Origin: Alphaproteobacteria bacterium | GTDB taxonomy: Bacteria > Pseudomonadota > Alphaproteobacteria > JBFXJJ01 | Assembly: GCA_050175015.1 (NCBI GenBank) | Contig: JBFXJJ010000001.1 | Span: 160,001-224,000, forward strand | DNA length: 64,000 nt | Reading direction: 5' to 3' | Shown: positions 18,868 through 28,899 of the stretch, piece by piece | How the letters are laid out: each line of letters starts with the position of its first letter | How positions within the stretch are numbered: the stretch's first letter is position 1 | Translations under genes and position numbers: made by a program | Notes under the pieces: generated by a model | Seen by the model: only the letters and a program-made list of their open reading frames with translations | Database searches by the model: none | What the model was told of the DNA's origin: nothing

Positions 18868-20037
18868 TTATTTATCAGCTTTTTCTTTAACGTTTTCCCA
18901 AAATTCTTTTATTTTATTGAGAAAATTACTACTTTCAGGGCTGTATTCTTTGCTCTCTTTTTCAAATTCGACTAAAAGTTCTTCTTGCTTTTTGGTAAGA
19001 TTGGTTGGGGTTTCAACCCTTACCTTAACAAACATATCCCCTCTATGGCTGGAGTTCATAATATTCATTCCCTTACCTTTAAGACGGAAAACGTGGTCTG
19101 TCTGTGTCCCCTTAGGAATAGTTATTCGCGCTCTGCTACCATCAATCGAAGGAACTTCTATATAACCGCCTAAACTTGCGGTTACTACAGAAATAGGGGC
19201 TATGATATATAGATTAGCCCCATCTTTTTTAAAAATTTTATGAGGCTCAATCGTAATAAAAATATACAAATCACCCATAGCCCCGCCGCGAGTTCCAGCT
19301 TCACCCTCGCCCATCAGCCTGATTCTAGTACCTTCTTCAACTCCCTCAGGAATTTTAACTTCTAAAACTTTTTCTTTTTTTACACGGCCAGAACCATTGC
19401 ATACTTTACACTTGTTTTTAACCGCTTTGCCAAGTCCGCCACAATTTGGACATGCTCTTTCAACAGTAAAAAATCCTTGTTGAATTCTAACTCTGCCAAT
19501 TCCGCCACAAGTCTCACAAGTTGGAGGTTCTTTACCATCCGCCGTTCCATAACCATTGCAAGCTTCGCATTTAACATTGGTTGGAACATGGATTTTTTTA
19601 ACCATACCATTGAAAGCTTCTTCCAATGTTATAGTCATATTATAACGTAAATCAGCTCCTTTTCTAGCACCATCAGACCTTCTTTGAGAACCGCCGCCAC
19701 CCATAAACTCACCAAACATTTCCTCAAAAATATCGGTGAAGCTTCCACCAAACCCAAAATCAAATCCCGAAGAACCAAAACCGCCGCCAGTTCTGCCGCC
19801 CCCCATACCGCCTTCAAAAGCTGCGTGACCAAAGCGGTCATAAGCAGAACGCTTTTGCTCATCTTTCAAAATTTCGTATGCTTCATTGAGTTCTTTAAAC
19901 TTTTTCTCTGACTCTTTATCACCTTGATTACGATCAGGGTGGTACTGCATTGCAAGTTTACGATATGCTTTTTTCAACTCGTCAGCTGAAGCTTGTTTGG
20001 ATACACCGAGTACTTCGTAATAATCTTTCTTGCTCAT
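18868..20037 (-). CDS. dnaJ: Chaperone DnaJ
   Basis: J-domain HPD, G/F-rich linker, four CxxCxGxG repeats. Confidence 0.98.
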   Translation of the reverse strand: MSKKDYYEVLGVSKQASADELKKAYRKLAMQYHPDRNQGDKESEKKFKELNEAYEILKDEQKRSAYDRFGHAAFEGGMGGGRTGGGFGSSGFDFGFGGSFTDIFEEMFGEFMGGGGSQRRSDGARKGADLRYNMTITLEEAFNGMVKKIHVPTNVKCEACNGYGTADGKEPPTCETCGGIGRVRIQQGFFTVERACPNCGGLGKAVKNKCKVCNGSGRVKKEKVLEVKIPEGVEEGTRIRLMGEGEAGTRGGAMGDLYIFITIEPHKIFKKDGANLYIIAPISVVTASLGGYIEVPSIDGSRARITIPKGTQTDHVFRLKGKGMNIMNSSHRGDMFVKVRVETPTNLTKKQEELLVEFEKESKEYSPESSNFLNKIKEFWENVKEKADK

Positions 20038-20090
20038 AAGTAAACTTGCTCAAAGTAAAATAAAAAGGGTTAAAATATTAAATTAATTGG

Positions 20091-20123
20091 CAGGCTGCGT
20101 CGTTTAAAAACGAACACAGCCTG
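20091..20123 (-). other. Intercistronic stem-loop between dnaK and dnaJ
   Basis: CAGGCTG.G.CGTTT / AAACGA.CACAGCCTG inverted repeat; weak U-tract, so a stabiliser or attenuator. Confidence 0.55.
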
Positions 20124-20148
20124 TTATAAGTAAAGTTATAATGGTTGT

Positions 20149-22098
20149 TTATTTGTCGTCGCTATCGACTTCTTCAAAGTCAGCATCAACAACTTTTTCA
20201 TCGCCCTCAGAAGAGGTTTCTGTTTCAGATGAACCTGAGGCATCGGCACCATCAGGAGAAGAAGATGCTTTAGCTGCGGCTTCTTCCTCTTTTTGTTTAG
20301 CCTTATAAACCGCCTCGCCTAATTTAATTGAAGCCTGCATTAATTTTTCAGCGGCATCATTAATTTTTTCTGGTTCACCAGAATCCAAAACTGCTTTTGC
20401 TTCGCTAATCGCGCTTTCAATACTTTGTTTATCACTGCTTGATAAGGAATCACCATATTCTTTAAGGTTTTTCTCTGTATTATAAATAGCACTTTCGGCT
20501 TTATTTTTAGCTTCAACGGCTTCACGGCGTTTTTTATCTTCGGAAGCATTAGCTTCGGCTTCCTTAACCATTTTCTTAATATCTTCATCTGATAAACCAC
20601 CAGAGCTTTGAATTCTAATTGTCTGCTCTTTACCTGTAGCTTTATCTTTTGCCGAAACATTGACAATACCGTTAGCGTCAATATCAAATGTTACTTCAAT
20701 TTGCGGCATACCTCTTGGTGCTGGAGGAATTCCAACTAAATCAAATTGACCAAGCAGTTTGTTATCGGCAGCCATTTCACGTTCACCTTGGAAAACCCTA
20801 ATGGTAACAGCGGTCTGACCATCTTCTGCGGTTGAGAAAACTTGAGATTTTCTGGTAGGAATCGTGGTGTTTCTATCAATTAATCTGGTGAAAACACCGC
20901 CTAAAGTCTCGATACCAAGTGATAATGGGGTAACATCAAGTAATAAAACATCTTTAACTTCGCCCTTTAAAACACCCGCTTGAATTGCGGCACCAAGAGC
21001 CACAACTTCATCTGGGTTAACGCCTTTATGAGGCTCTTTTCCAAAAAACTCTTTAACTGTTTCTTGGATTTTAGGCATACGGGTCATACCACCAACAAGA
21101 ATAACTTCATCAATCTCACTAGCTTTTAAGCCCGCATCTTTAAGAGCATTCTCGCAAGGTTTAATGGTTTTTTTGATTAAATCTTCAACCAAGGATTCTA
21201 ATTTAGCTCGGCTTAATTTAATATTTAAATGCTTAGGGCCTGTTTGATCTGCAGTAATAAACGGCAGATTTACATCGGTCTGCATTGAACTTGAAAGTTC
21301 AATTTTAGCTTTTTCTGCGGCTTCTTTTAGACGTTGTAAAGCAAGACGGTCATTACGCAAATCGATCCCGCTTTCTTTTTTGAATTCGTCAGCCAGATAA
21401 TCCATTACTCTAATATCAAAATCTTCACCGCCTAAGAATGTGTCACCGTTAGTAGATTTTACTTCAAAAACGCCATCGCCAATTTCCAAAACAGACACAT
21501 CAAAAGTACCACCACCAAGGTCGAACACTGCAATAGTACCTGAGCTTTTTTTATCAAGGCCATAAGCTAAAGCTGCTGCTGTAGGTTCGTTAATAATACG
21601 AAGAACTTCTAAACCTGCAATTTTACCAGCATCTTTAGTTGCCTGTCTTTGAGAATCATTAAAGTAAGCAGGAACCGTGATAACAGCCTGAGTTACCGTA
21701 TCACCCAAATATGCTTCAGCATATTCTTTAATTTTTTGCAAAACATACGCTGAAATCTGACTTGGAGCATATTTTTTGTCTCTTACTTCTACCCAAGCAT
21801 CGCCATTATCGCCATTGATAATTTTATAAGAAACAAGACCTTTATCTTTTTCAACAGTCTTATCACTATAACGACGTCCAATTAAACGTTTAATCGCATA
21901 AAGCGTATTTTCAGGATTGGTTACAGCTTGACGTTTTGCAGCTTGTCCTACAAGAATTTCTTCACCTTCAGTAAAGGCTACCATTGACGGTGTAGTCCTC
22001 ATACCTTCAGTATTTTCAATAACTCTTGGTTCCTTACCGTCCATAATTGCAAAGCAAGAATTGGTAGTTCCAAGATCTATACCTATAACTTTACTCAT
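20149..22098 (-). CDS. dnaK: Chaperone DnaK
   Basis: [17 protein letters not shown], alphaproteobacterial C-terminal VVDADFEEV. Confidence 0.99.
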   Translation of the reverse strand: MSKVIGIDLGTTNSCFAIMDGKEPRVIENTEGMRTTPSMVAFTEGEEILVGQAAKRQAVTNPENTLYAIKRLIGRRYSDKTVEKDKGLVSYKIINGDNGDAWVEVRDKKYAPSQISAYVLQKIKEYAEAYLGDTVTQAVITVPAYFNDSQRQATKDAGKIAGLEVLRIINEPTAAALAYGLDKKSSGTIAVFDLGGGTFDVSVLEIGDGVFEVKSTNGDTFLGGEDFDIRVMDYLADEFKKESGIDLRNDRLALQRLKEAAEKAKIELSSSMQTDVNLPFITADQTGPKHLNIKLSRAKLESLVEDLIKKTIKPCENALKDAGLKASEIDEVILVGGMTRMPKIQETVKEFFGKEPHKGVNPDEVVALGAAIQAGVLKGEVKDVLLLDVTPLSLGIETLGGVFTRLIDRNTTIPTRKSQVFSTAEDGQTAVTIRVFQGEREMAADNKLLGQFDLVGIPPAPRGMPQIEVTFDIDANGIVNVSAKDKATGKEQTIRIQSSGGLSDEDIKKMVKEAEANASEDKKRREAVEAKNKAESAIYNTEKNLKEYGDSLSSSDKQSIESAISEAKAVLDSGEPEKINDAAEKLMQASIKLGEAVYKAKQKEEEAAAKASSSPDGADASGSSETETSSEGDEKVVDADFEEVDSDDK

Positions 22099-22147
22099 TT
22101 TTTTACCTCTAGTTTTGTTTTTTATTCTGTAAATATTCTGTGAAGCT

Positions 22148-22176
22148 ATATAGGTTACGAAAATCTTCCTTGCAAC
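22148..22176 (-). promoter_or_regulatory. RpoH (sigma32)-type promoter of dnaK
   Basis: gTTG-18 nt-CCTATAT. Confidence 0.7.
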
Positions 22177-22282
22177 TATTTACCTGTAAAAAAATAAAAA
22201 ATATTTACATTTTCTTGAAATTAACATTATTTCGCTCTAATTTTTATTAGGATTATATGTTTTTATTAAAGGTTAAAAAACT

Positions 22283-22546
22283 ATGATAAAATATACAGTT
22301 TGCTGCTCTAATGGTCATAAATTTGATGAATGGTTTGATAGCATTAATGCCTATGAAGAAATGGAAAAAAACGGTTCTATAAAATGCCCGATATGCGGTG
22401 ATAATAAAATTACCCGTGCGGTAATGGCGCCTCAAGTGGCTTCAAAGACCATTTCTAATGCTAAAGCGACCTGTTCTGCGGAGAAAAAATTTGGCTCATC
22501 TTGCGGCTCTGCTTGCAACAGCGGCAGTTGTCCTTTTGCTGGTTAG
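22283..22546 (+). CDS. DUF1178-like zinc-ribbon protein
   Basis: C..GH.FDEWFDS, CPICG, RAVMAP; Cys-rich tail. Confidence 0.75.
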   Translation: MIKYTVCCSNGHKFDEWFDSINAYEEMEKNGSIKCPICGDNKITRAVMAPQVASKTISNAKATCSAEKKFGSSCGSACNSGSCPFAG

Positions 22547-22585
22547 AGCCGATTTTCGGCTTCGGGCATTTTGGCTTTTAACCAC

Positions 22586-22620
22586 GCCTTAAACAGGTAA
22601 GTTTTGACTTTTAAAAGTAA
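22586..22620 (-). repeat. Partial copy of the modular repeat (linker + module A)
   Basis: GCCTTAAACAGGTAAGTTTTGACTTTTAAAAGTAA closely matches the reverse complement of 56745-56782. Confidence 0.7.
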
Positions 22621-22702
22621 CTTTGTATCGTCACAAAAAGTAAAAGCAGACAACCAAACGCTACAGACTCTAGATATGTGAAGTAGTTCCAGTTAATAAA
22701 TT

Positions 22703-24205
22703 CTAGTTTTTGTTGGATTTAATAATGATTTCATATCCTGAATCAGCCTCAGCATAACCGTTAGCAAAAGCAAAATCCGTAGAACGTGAAGCGTGTATGC
22801 GGTAAAGCGGTTCACCCCTCTCTACAAAATCGCCTGTTTTCTTAAGCAAATCGATTCCTGCGCCCTTATCACGAGGAGCCCCCGACAGTGCTGCGATACG
22901 TGATATTCTTTTGTTACTAATACTTTCAACCACTCCTGAATTTTCAGCGCAGACGTCTCTGGTTAAATGACCAAGCATTGGAGGCGAGGTTCTGCCTTGA
23001 GCGTGGATAATACGATTCATAGTTTCAAGCGCCCTGCCAGAATCAAGCATTTCTCTTGCCGTATAATAGCCTTCACCGCCTCTAAGATTAGAATCAAACT
23101 CTAAGATACGACCAGCAATAAACAAGGCTTTTTCTCTTAAATCATTAGGAGCGTCTTTTTTACAGCGCAAGACTTTCATAATATCGCGAGCTTCCAAAAC
23201 AGGTCCAATACCGTTGCCGATTGGTTCGCTGCCGTCTGTTATGACGACATCAACCTGCATTGAAAACAGATCGCAAACATATTCAAAAAGTTTTTTAATT
23301 TTCATTGCCTCTGGCATTGTCTTAATTTTAGCACCTTCTCCAACAGGAATATCAATAACCAGATGCGTAATTCCTGCTGCAACTTTACTAGAAATAATAG
23401 AGGCAACAATATGCTGTTCAATAGACATACCTATATTTTTCTCAACCAAAAGCATTGTATCGCCAGATGGAGCTATTCTTAAACTTTCGTTCCAAACTAT
23501 ACAACCCCGATGCTCTTCAATGATGCGGTAAAGATTTTTTTCATCAAAATCAATATTAGCTAAAACCTCCATAGCATCAATCACACCAGAACTTGAAGTA
23601 ATAGCTCTGGTTGCAACACTTGGAATAGCAAGGCCACACGCCGCAATAATAGGTACCACAATTAAAGTGATACGGTTTCCTGGAACACCGCCGATACAAT
23701 GGTGATCCACTATCATTTCTTCTTTTTCCCAAGTTAGAATATCTTCTTCACCAGCCATAGCATCTGTTAGAGAATATACTTCTTGTGCTGTCATAAAACT
23801 GCCGTTTGCCACCATAAACGCTGCTATTTCAGCCTGAGTATACCTGCCTGAAACAATGTCATTAACTATAGCTTTATATTCCGAACCCGATAAAACCGCA
23901 CCATTTACCTTTCTTTTGATAGAATCAACACTAGGTGCTGACGGAGCAGGAGAAATCGAAACCTCCGCACCTTCTGGAAGATTAATTCTCTTAAAGGTAT
24001 TAATCGATAAGCCAACCTCATTAGGTTTAACAATGGCATCATCATGAACTATTTCTAGCGAGGCATATAAGGGAAAAATTCCACCGTGGATTTCAACTCT
24101 GGTAGAAACATCAAATTCATATATTTTCCAAGAAGAACAGTTTTTATTAAGATAAACTACGTTTTCACTAAAGGTATCAATCGGAACTCTTCTTAATTGC
24201 AGCAT
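22703..24205 (-). CDS. Thymidine/AMP phosphorylase family protein with N-terminal extension
   Basis: HCIGGVPGNR, RAITS, HLVIDIPVG, ITDGSEPIGNGIGPVLEARD, GAPRDKGAG. Confidence 0.88.
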   Translation of the reverse strand: MLQLRRVPIDTFSENVVYLNKNCSSWKIYEFDVSTRVEIHGGIFPLYASLEIVHDDAIVKPNEVGLSINTFKRINLPEGAEVSISPAPSAPSVDSIKRKVNGAVLSGSEYKAIVNDIVSGRYTQAEIAAFMVANGSFMTAQEVYSLTDAMAGEEDILTWEKEEMIVDHHCIGGVPGNRITLIVVPIIAACGLAIPSVATRAITSSSGVIDAMEVLANIDFDEKNLYRIIEEHRGCIVWNESLRIAPSGDTMLLVEKNIGMSIEQHIVASIISSKVAAGITHLVIDIPVGEGAKIKTMPEAMKIKKLFEYVCDLFSMQVDVVITDGSEPIGNGIGPVLEARDIMKVLRCKKDAPNDLREKALFIAGRILEFDSNLRGGEGYYTAREMLDSGRALETMNRIIHAQGRTSPPMLGHLTRDVCAENSGVVESISNKRISRIAALSGAPRDKGAGIDLLKKTGDFVERGEPLYRIHASRSTDFAFANGYAEADSGYEIIIKSNKN

Positions 24206-24217
24206 TTATTTAAACCC

Positions 24218-25030
24218 TTATGCACCTTTACTGGCAATAAAATAACCGCCTAAAACCGGCCTGCCATATTCATATCTTATTGTTTCTTCTTTATATATAA
24301 CAGGAACCAAATTAAATTCTTTCAATTTTGCCGTTACATAGTCACTATTATAAGCATATCTTGCACTTTTTCTTAAACAAAAATCTTGGCGCCTATTCTT
24401 TTTTTCCAATAACTCAAAATCAAAACAAAAGAATCCCTTTTTAACCAGCACTCGAGATGCCTCTTTAAAAAGTTCTGTTAAATCACCGAGATAAACCAAA
24501 GCATCGGTAATGGTAATTAAGTCAGCACTTGTCTTTTTTAAGTTGGCAACAAACGTAAGCAGGTTTTCTTCAAGAAGCTCGTCATAAATTTTTTTCTCTT
24601 TTGCTTTTTTAAGCATATTTTCGGAAATATCGGCTCCTATAAGTTTTTTAATATTAAAATTTTCTTTAAGACTTTGCCCCATAAGCCCCGTTCCGCAGCC
24701 TAAATCAACCGCCAACTTAAATTTAGTTTTTTTTGTCGCCTCTTTAAGCATTTGAGAAATAACTAAAGGGGACTGATAACCTAGTCTATCAAGCAGGCTT
24801 GTTTCAAAATTATCAGCATAATCATCAAACAATTCTTTAACATAGGCACCTGAGCCATTTTTGGGAGTAAAACGAAAAAATGCCATAAACAAAATTTTTC
24901 TTATCTGCCAAGAATCTTTATTAGAATCAGATTTCTGCACATAATCTTGTTTAATATCAGTTAGTTCCTGATTAAATTCTGTTTTTATTTTCAACAACTC
25001 TTTTTTAAAAGAATCGCTCCAAAAAGACAT
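24218..25030 (-). CDS. Class I SAM-dependent methyltransferase (COG4976-like, lacking TPRs)
   Basis: YVKELFDDYADNFE, DLGCGTG, DISENML, YLGDL. Confidence 0.85.
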   Translation of the reverse strand: MSFWSDSFKKELLKIKTEFNQELTDIKQDYVQKSDSNKDSWQIRKILFMAFFRFTPKNGSGAYVKELFDDYADNFETSLLDRLGYQSPLVISQMLKEATKKTKFKLAVDLGCGTGLMGQSLKENFNIKKLIGADISENMLKKAKEKKIYDELLEENLLTFVANLKKTSADLITITDALVYLGDLTELFKEASRVLVKKGFFCFDFELLEKKNRRQDFCLRKSARYAYNSDYVTAKLKEFNLVPVIYKEETIRYEYGRPVLGGYFIASKGA

Positions 25031-25042
25031 TTACCACTACTT

Positions 25043-25690
25043 TCAAGCAGAAGTATCAACCTTAGCACCCACAGCATTAGCATCATCTGGGCGAATCCCG
25101 CCTTTTGAAACTATAACCATAGCTTCTCTTAAAATTCTGCCGTTAATAGTATAGCCGGCTTGCAATTCTTTAACAACTGTTCCTGTCGGACGAGTAGGAT
25201 CATCTATTTCTTGAACAGCTTGTTCAAAGTTGGGGTCAAATAATTTGTCTTCGGTTTGCAGACGCTTAATGCCATTGCGTTCAAAAATAGCCGCAAGTTC
25301 CTTAGAGGTCATTTCAACGCCCATAAAAATATTTTTTAGACTTTCGTCTTTTTCCTTAGCTTCCTCAGGAACAGCAGCTAAAGCTCTTTCTAAATTATCG
25401 GCAACAGCTAGCAAATCTTTAGCAAATCCAGATATGGCAAATTTAGCGTTGTTTTCAATATCAAGCTTGGTTCTTTTGCGTAAATTATCCATTTCAGCCA
25501 AGGCTCTGATATAATTTTCATTTATTTTATCATAATCCTTTTTCAGATTTTCTAATAATGTAGAAACTTCGGTTTCTTTTTTAGATTTTTCTTTATTTTC
25601 ATCGGTTTTTTCTTCATTATTCTCGACTTCTTGAACATCGCTGTCTGCTTGATTCTGGTCTAAATTTTCCACATTTTCATTATCTGTCAT
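25043..25690 (-). CDS. grpE: Nucleotide exchange factor GrpE
   Basis: RALAEMDNLRKR, DNLERAL, FDPN, GYTINGRILREAMV. Confidence 0.96.
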   Translation of the reverse strand: MTDNENVENLDQNQADSDVQEVENNEEKTDENKEKSKKETEVSTLLENLKKDYDKINENYIRALAEMDNLRKRTKLDIENNAKFAISGFAKDLLAVADNLERALAAVPEEAKEKDESLKNIFMGVEMTSKELAAIFERNGIKRLQTEDKLFDPNFEQAVQEIDDPTRPTGTVVKELQAGYTINGRILREAMVIVSKGGIRPDDANAVGAKVDTSA

Positions 25691-25728
25691 TTTTAACCTA
25701 TCCTAATTATCTGATTTAGTTTAAACAA

Positions 25729-25757
25729 AGATAGTTATTCAAAATTAAATCGTCAAT
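25729..25757 (-). promoter_or_regulatory. RpoH-type promoter of grpE
   Basis: aTTG-18 nt-ACTATCT, same spacing as dnaK and hslV. Confidence 0.6.
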
Positions 25758-25798
25758 GGTATTGGCATAATTTCATTTTTTAAAAGAGAGTAATCAAA

Positions 25799-26515
25799 AT
25801 GCGTCCATCAAAAAGAAAAGAAAACGAACTAAGAAAAATAACTATAGAAAAAAATATAAATAAACACGCAGAAGGTTCCTGTTTAATTTCTTGTGGTGAT
25901 ACAAAGGTAATATGCACAGCCTCATTAGAAGACAAAGTTCCGCCTTTTGTTAGAGGTACAGGACACGGCTGGGTTACAGCAGAATATGGTATGCTGCCAA
26001 GAGCAACCGAAACCAGAATCAACCGCGAAGCTAAATCTGGTGGTCAAGGCGGCAGAACAATGGAAATTCAAAGACTTATTGGTCGCTCTTTACGTGCAGC
26101 TGTAGATATGAAAGCCCTTGGAGAAATCTCAATTAAAATCGACTGTGATGTCATTCAAGCCGATGGCGGCACTAGGACAGCATCAATTACTGGCGGTTTT
26201 ATTGCTCTATACCTTGCTTTACAAAAATTAAAAAAAGAAGGCAAAATTACAGCAATGCCTATTACAAGACAAGTTGCAGCGATATCTTGCGGTATTTATA
26301 AAGGTAAATGTGTTTTAGATTTAGACTATGCTGAGGACTCTAGTGCCGATGCCGATACTAACTTTGTAATGGATTCTAATGGTGGTCTTATTGAAATTCA
26401 AGGAACAGCAGAAAAAGAACCTTTTACAAAAGAACAATATTTAGAGCTGATGTCCCTTGCAGAAAAAGGTATATTTGAATTAAATGCCCTGCAAAAAGAG
26501 GTTTTAGAAATATGA
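25799..26515 (+). CDS. rph: Ribonuclease PH
   Basis: [41 protein letters not shown]. Confidence 0.97.
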   Translation: MRPSKRKENELRKITIEKNINKHAEGSCLISCGDTKVICTASLEDKVPPFVRGTGHGWVTAEYGMLPRATETRINREAKSGGQGGRTMEIQRLIGRSLRAAVDMKALGEISIKIDCDVIQADGGTRTASITGGFIALYLALQKLKKEGKITAMPITRQVAAISCGIYKGKCVLDLDYAEDSSADADTNFVMDSNGGLIEIQGTAEKEPFTKEQYLELMSLAEKGIFELNALQKEVLEI

Positions 26516-27114
26516 AAAAATTTAAAGATAACAAATTAGTTTTGGCTAGTCATAATAAAGGAAAATTAGTTGAAATCAAAGAGATGCTGGCTCCTTTTAA
26601 TATAGAGGTTTTGTCTGCTGGCGACTTTAATCTTGATGAACCCGAAGAAACAGGAACGACTTTTGCGGAAAATGCTCTTTTAAAAGCTAACTATGTTGCC
26701 TCCAAGACTGGTTATACTGCTTTAGCCGATGACTCGGGATTATGCGTTAATGCCCTAGATGGACAGCCTGGCATTTACTCGGCACGATGGGCGGGCGAAA
26801 ACAAAGACTTTATTTATGCTATGAATAAAGTTAATAACAAATTAGAAGAGTTAAAAACCAATGACAGATCTGCTTATTTTGCCTGTGTTTTAGCCTTAGT
26901 ATGCCCTGAGAACAAAGAAGAATATACCTTTGAAGGACGAGTTGAAGGGGATTTAATCTGGCCGATAAGCGGCAATAATGGCTTCGGCTTTGACCCTATG
27001 TTTATGCCTAAAGGTTATGATAAAACCTTTGGCGAATTGGATCATTCCATAAAGCAAACGATTTCTCACCGCTCTAATGCCTTTAAAAAATTCAAAGCTT
27101 TTTTAGAAAAGTAA
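26512..27114 (+). CDS. rdgB: Non-canonical purine NTP pyrophosphatase
   Basis: ASHNKGK, ADDSGL, GFGFDP, SHRS. Confidence 0.95.
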   Translation: MKKFKDNKLVLASHNKGKLVEIKEMLAPFNIEVLSAGDFNLDEPEETGTTFAENALLKANYVASKTGYTALADDSGLCVNALDGQPGIYSARWAGENKDFIYAMNKVNNKLEELKTNDRSAYFACVLALVCPENKEEYTFEGRVEGDLIWPISGNNGFGFDPMFMPKGYDKTFGELDHSIKQTISHRSNAFKKFKAFLEK

Positions 27115-27117
27115 TCA

Positions 27118-28239
27118 ATGCAAAGTCTTTATATCCATTTTCCTTTCTGCCTTAAAAAATGTGCATATTGTGCATTTAACAGCTATCCTATGGGTGAAAT
27201 TGATTTTAAAGCGTGGCTGGAAAAATATTTAGTCGCTCTAAATTCTTTTGCCGATAATATGGATAAAAAACCTTTGAGTTCCATCTATTTTGGCGGGGGA
27301 ACACCATCGCTTATGCCCGAATTTATGTTGGCAGAACTTGTTGAAAATGCAGAGAAAATTCTTGGTTTTTCTGATAACATTGAAATCTCTATTGAAGCCA
27401 ACCCCAACACAATTAACCAAAATATGGTTAATGGCATAAAAAATGCTGGAATTAATAGGCTCTCAATCGGGATTCAGTCTTTTAATGATAAAGAATTAAC
27501 CTTTTTGGGGCGTATCCACAACGTGAAAGAGGCTCTGCAAGCATTTGAAATCGCTCATAAAACTTTCCAAAACATCTCTATTGATTTAATTTATGGACTG
27601 CCTGAACAAACGTTAGATGACTGGCATAAAAATTTAGAGCAAGCTCTAACTTTAAAATGCCCTCATTACTCTTTATATCAGTTATCAATAGAGAAAGGCT
27701 CTTTGCTGGAAACTAGAAAATTACCAGCTGTCGATGACGATACGGCACTTAATATGCTTAAACTTAATCAGTCCTTACTAAAAACCGAAGATATTCAGCA
27801 ATATGAAGTTTCTAATTATGCTCTATCGGGTTATGAATGCCGCCATAACATTTTAGGCTGGCAAGGATATGATTATATTGGTATTGGGGCTGGTGCCTGC
27901 TCTAGAATTACTTCTGATCACAAATTCTTAAGCATAATTCAAGAAGCCAACCCTCAAAAATGGTTTGATAACCCTCAAGATATGATTTGTGAGACCTTAA
28001 CTCCTATCACAAGAGCCGAAGAACTAGTAATACTAGGCTTAAGACTGCACGAAGGCATTAATAGCAATGTTTTTTATCAAAACTGCGGCAAAAATCTTCT
28101 TGATGTTATTGATGAAAAAGTTTTATCCGATTTTTGTGAATCAAACCTATTGATTTTTGAAGATAATATTTTAAAAACAACCGAAAGCGGCTTGTTAGTC
28201 CTAGATTATTTGTTATTAAAGCTTTTAAAAACTTTATAA
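27118..28239 (+). CDS. hemW: Radical SAM heme chaperone HemW (HemN-like)
   Basis: LYIHFPFC..KCAYC.F, FGGGTPS, EANP, YEVSN, HN. Confidence 0.9.
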   Translation: MQSLYIHFPFCLKKCAYCAFNSYPMGEIDFKAWLEKYLVALNSFADNMDKKPLSSIYFGGGTPSLMPEFMLAELVENAEKILGFSDNIEISIEANPNTINQNMVNGIKNAGINRLSIGIQSFNDKELTFLGRIHNVKEALQAFEIAHKTFQNISIDLIYGLPEQTLDDWHKNLEQALTLKCPHYSLYQLSIEKGSLLETRKLPAVDDDTALNMLKLNQSLLKTEDIQQYEVSNYALSGYECRHNILGWQGYDYIGIGAGACSRITSDHKFLSIIQEANPQKWFDNPQDMICETLTPITRAEELVILGLRLHEGINSNVFYQNCGKNLLDVIDEKVLSDFCESNLLIFEDNILKTTESGLLVLDYLLLKLLKTL

Positions 28240-28677
28240 CTAGTTTTATTTTTTGGGGCTAAAATAAAAATTATTATCAAACTTAAGGCATCACTTTAAG
28301 AAAAATTAGAAACTAAAATCTCTTAAACTAATACCTTTTTTTAAAAATCTAACTATATGTTTTTTTGACCAAAAGAGCTTTAAAACCTGTCATTATTGTT
28401 TTCTTAGCTGATATTAGAAAATTTAAGCTCTTTAATTATTATAATAGTTTTTCATCCACTCTTACTTTTTATAATTTTAAATATACCTATTCGATTGTAA
28501 GATTTTCATAGAGATTATTTACAAAGAGATTCTAAATAATACCTATATTTTATTGTTTTTAACAATATGCTTTAAATTAAAATAAAGATAAAATTTTATT
28601 TAATTTTATTGTTTATTTTCATTATAATCGTGAATTTCATATTGTGATTCTATTTACCTATATAAACCTTTTATCTA

Positions 28678-28706
28678 TTTACATTTTACCTATTTTATGC
28701 CATATT
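28678..28706 (+). promoter_or_regulatory. Putative sigma70 promoter with no downstream ORF
   Basis: TTTACA-17 bp-CATATT with extended TG. Confidence 0.45.
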
Positions 28707-28712
28707 TTAATT

Positions 28713-28793
28713 ATAGAGGGGGGGAAACCTTAAATTTAAAAGTGGCTTTAGTGATGCTTAACCTTCTATCTAGGGTTGAAAAGCCGCTTTTTT
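28713..28793 (+). ncRNA. Candidate ~80-nt small RNA
   Basis: Promoter upstream; G7 run; stem AAAGTGGCTTT/AAAGCCGCTTT enclosing AACCTT/AGGGTT, both with G-U pairs valid on + strand only; U-tail. Confidence 0.4.
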
Positions 28794-28831
28794 AAACTTT
28801 ATGTTTTTGCAAACGTTAAAATTAAACATTA

Positions 28832-28875
28832 AAAATAGCTATTCTTTTGCATCAAGTTTTAAGAATAGCTATTTT
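28832..28875 (-). terminator. Intrinsic terminator-like hairpin downstream of the lpoA-like gene
   Basis: AAAATAGCTATTCTT / AAGAATAGCTATTTT 15-bp perfect inverted repeat. Confidence 0.65.
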
Positions 28876-28899
28876 GTTTATCAGCAATTTTAACTGAAC

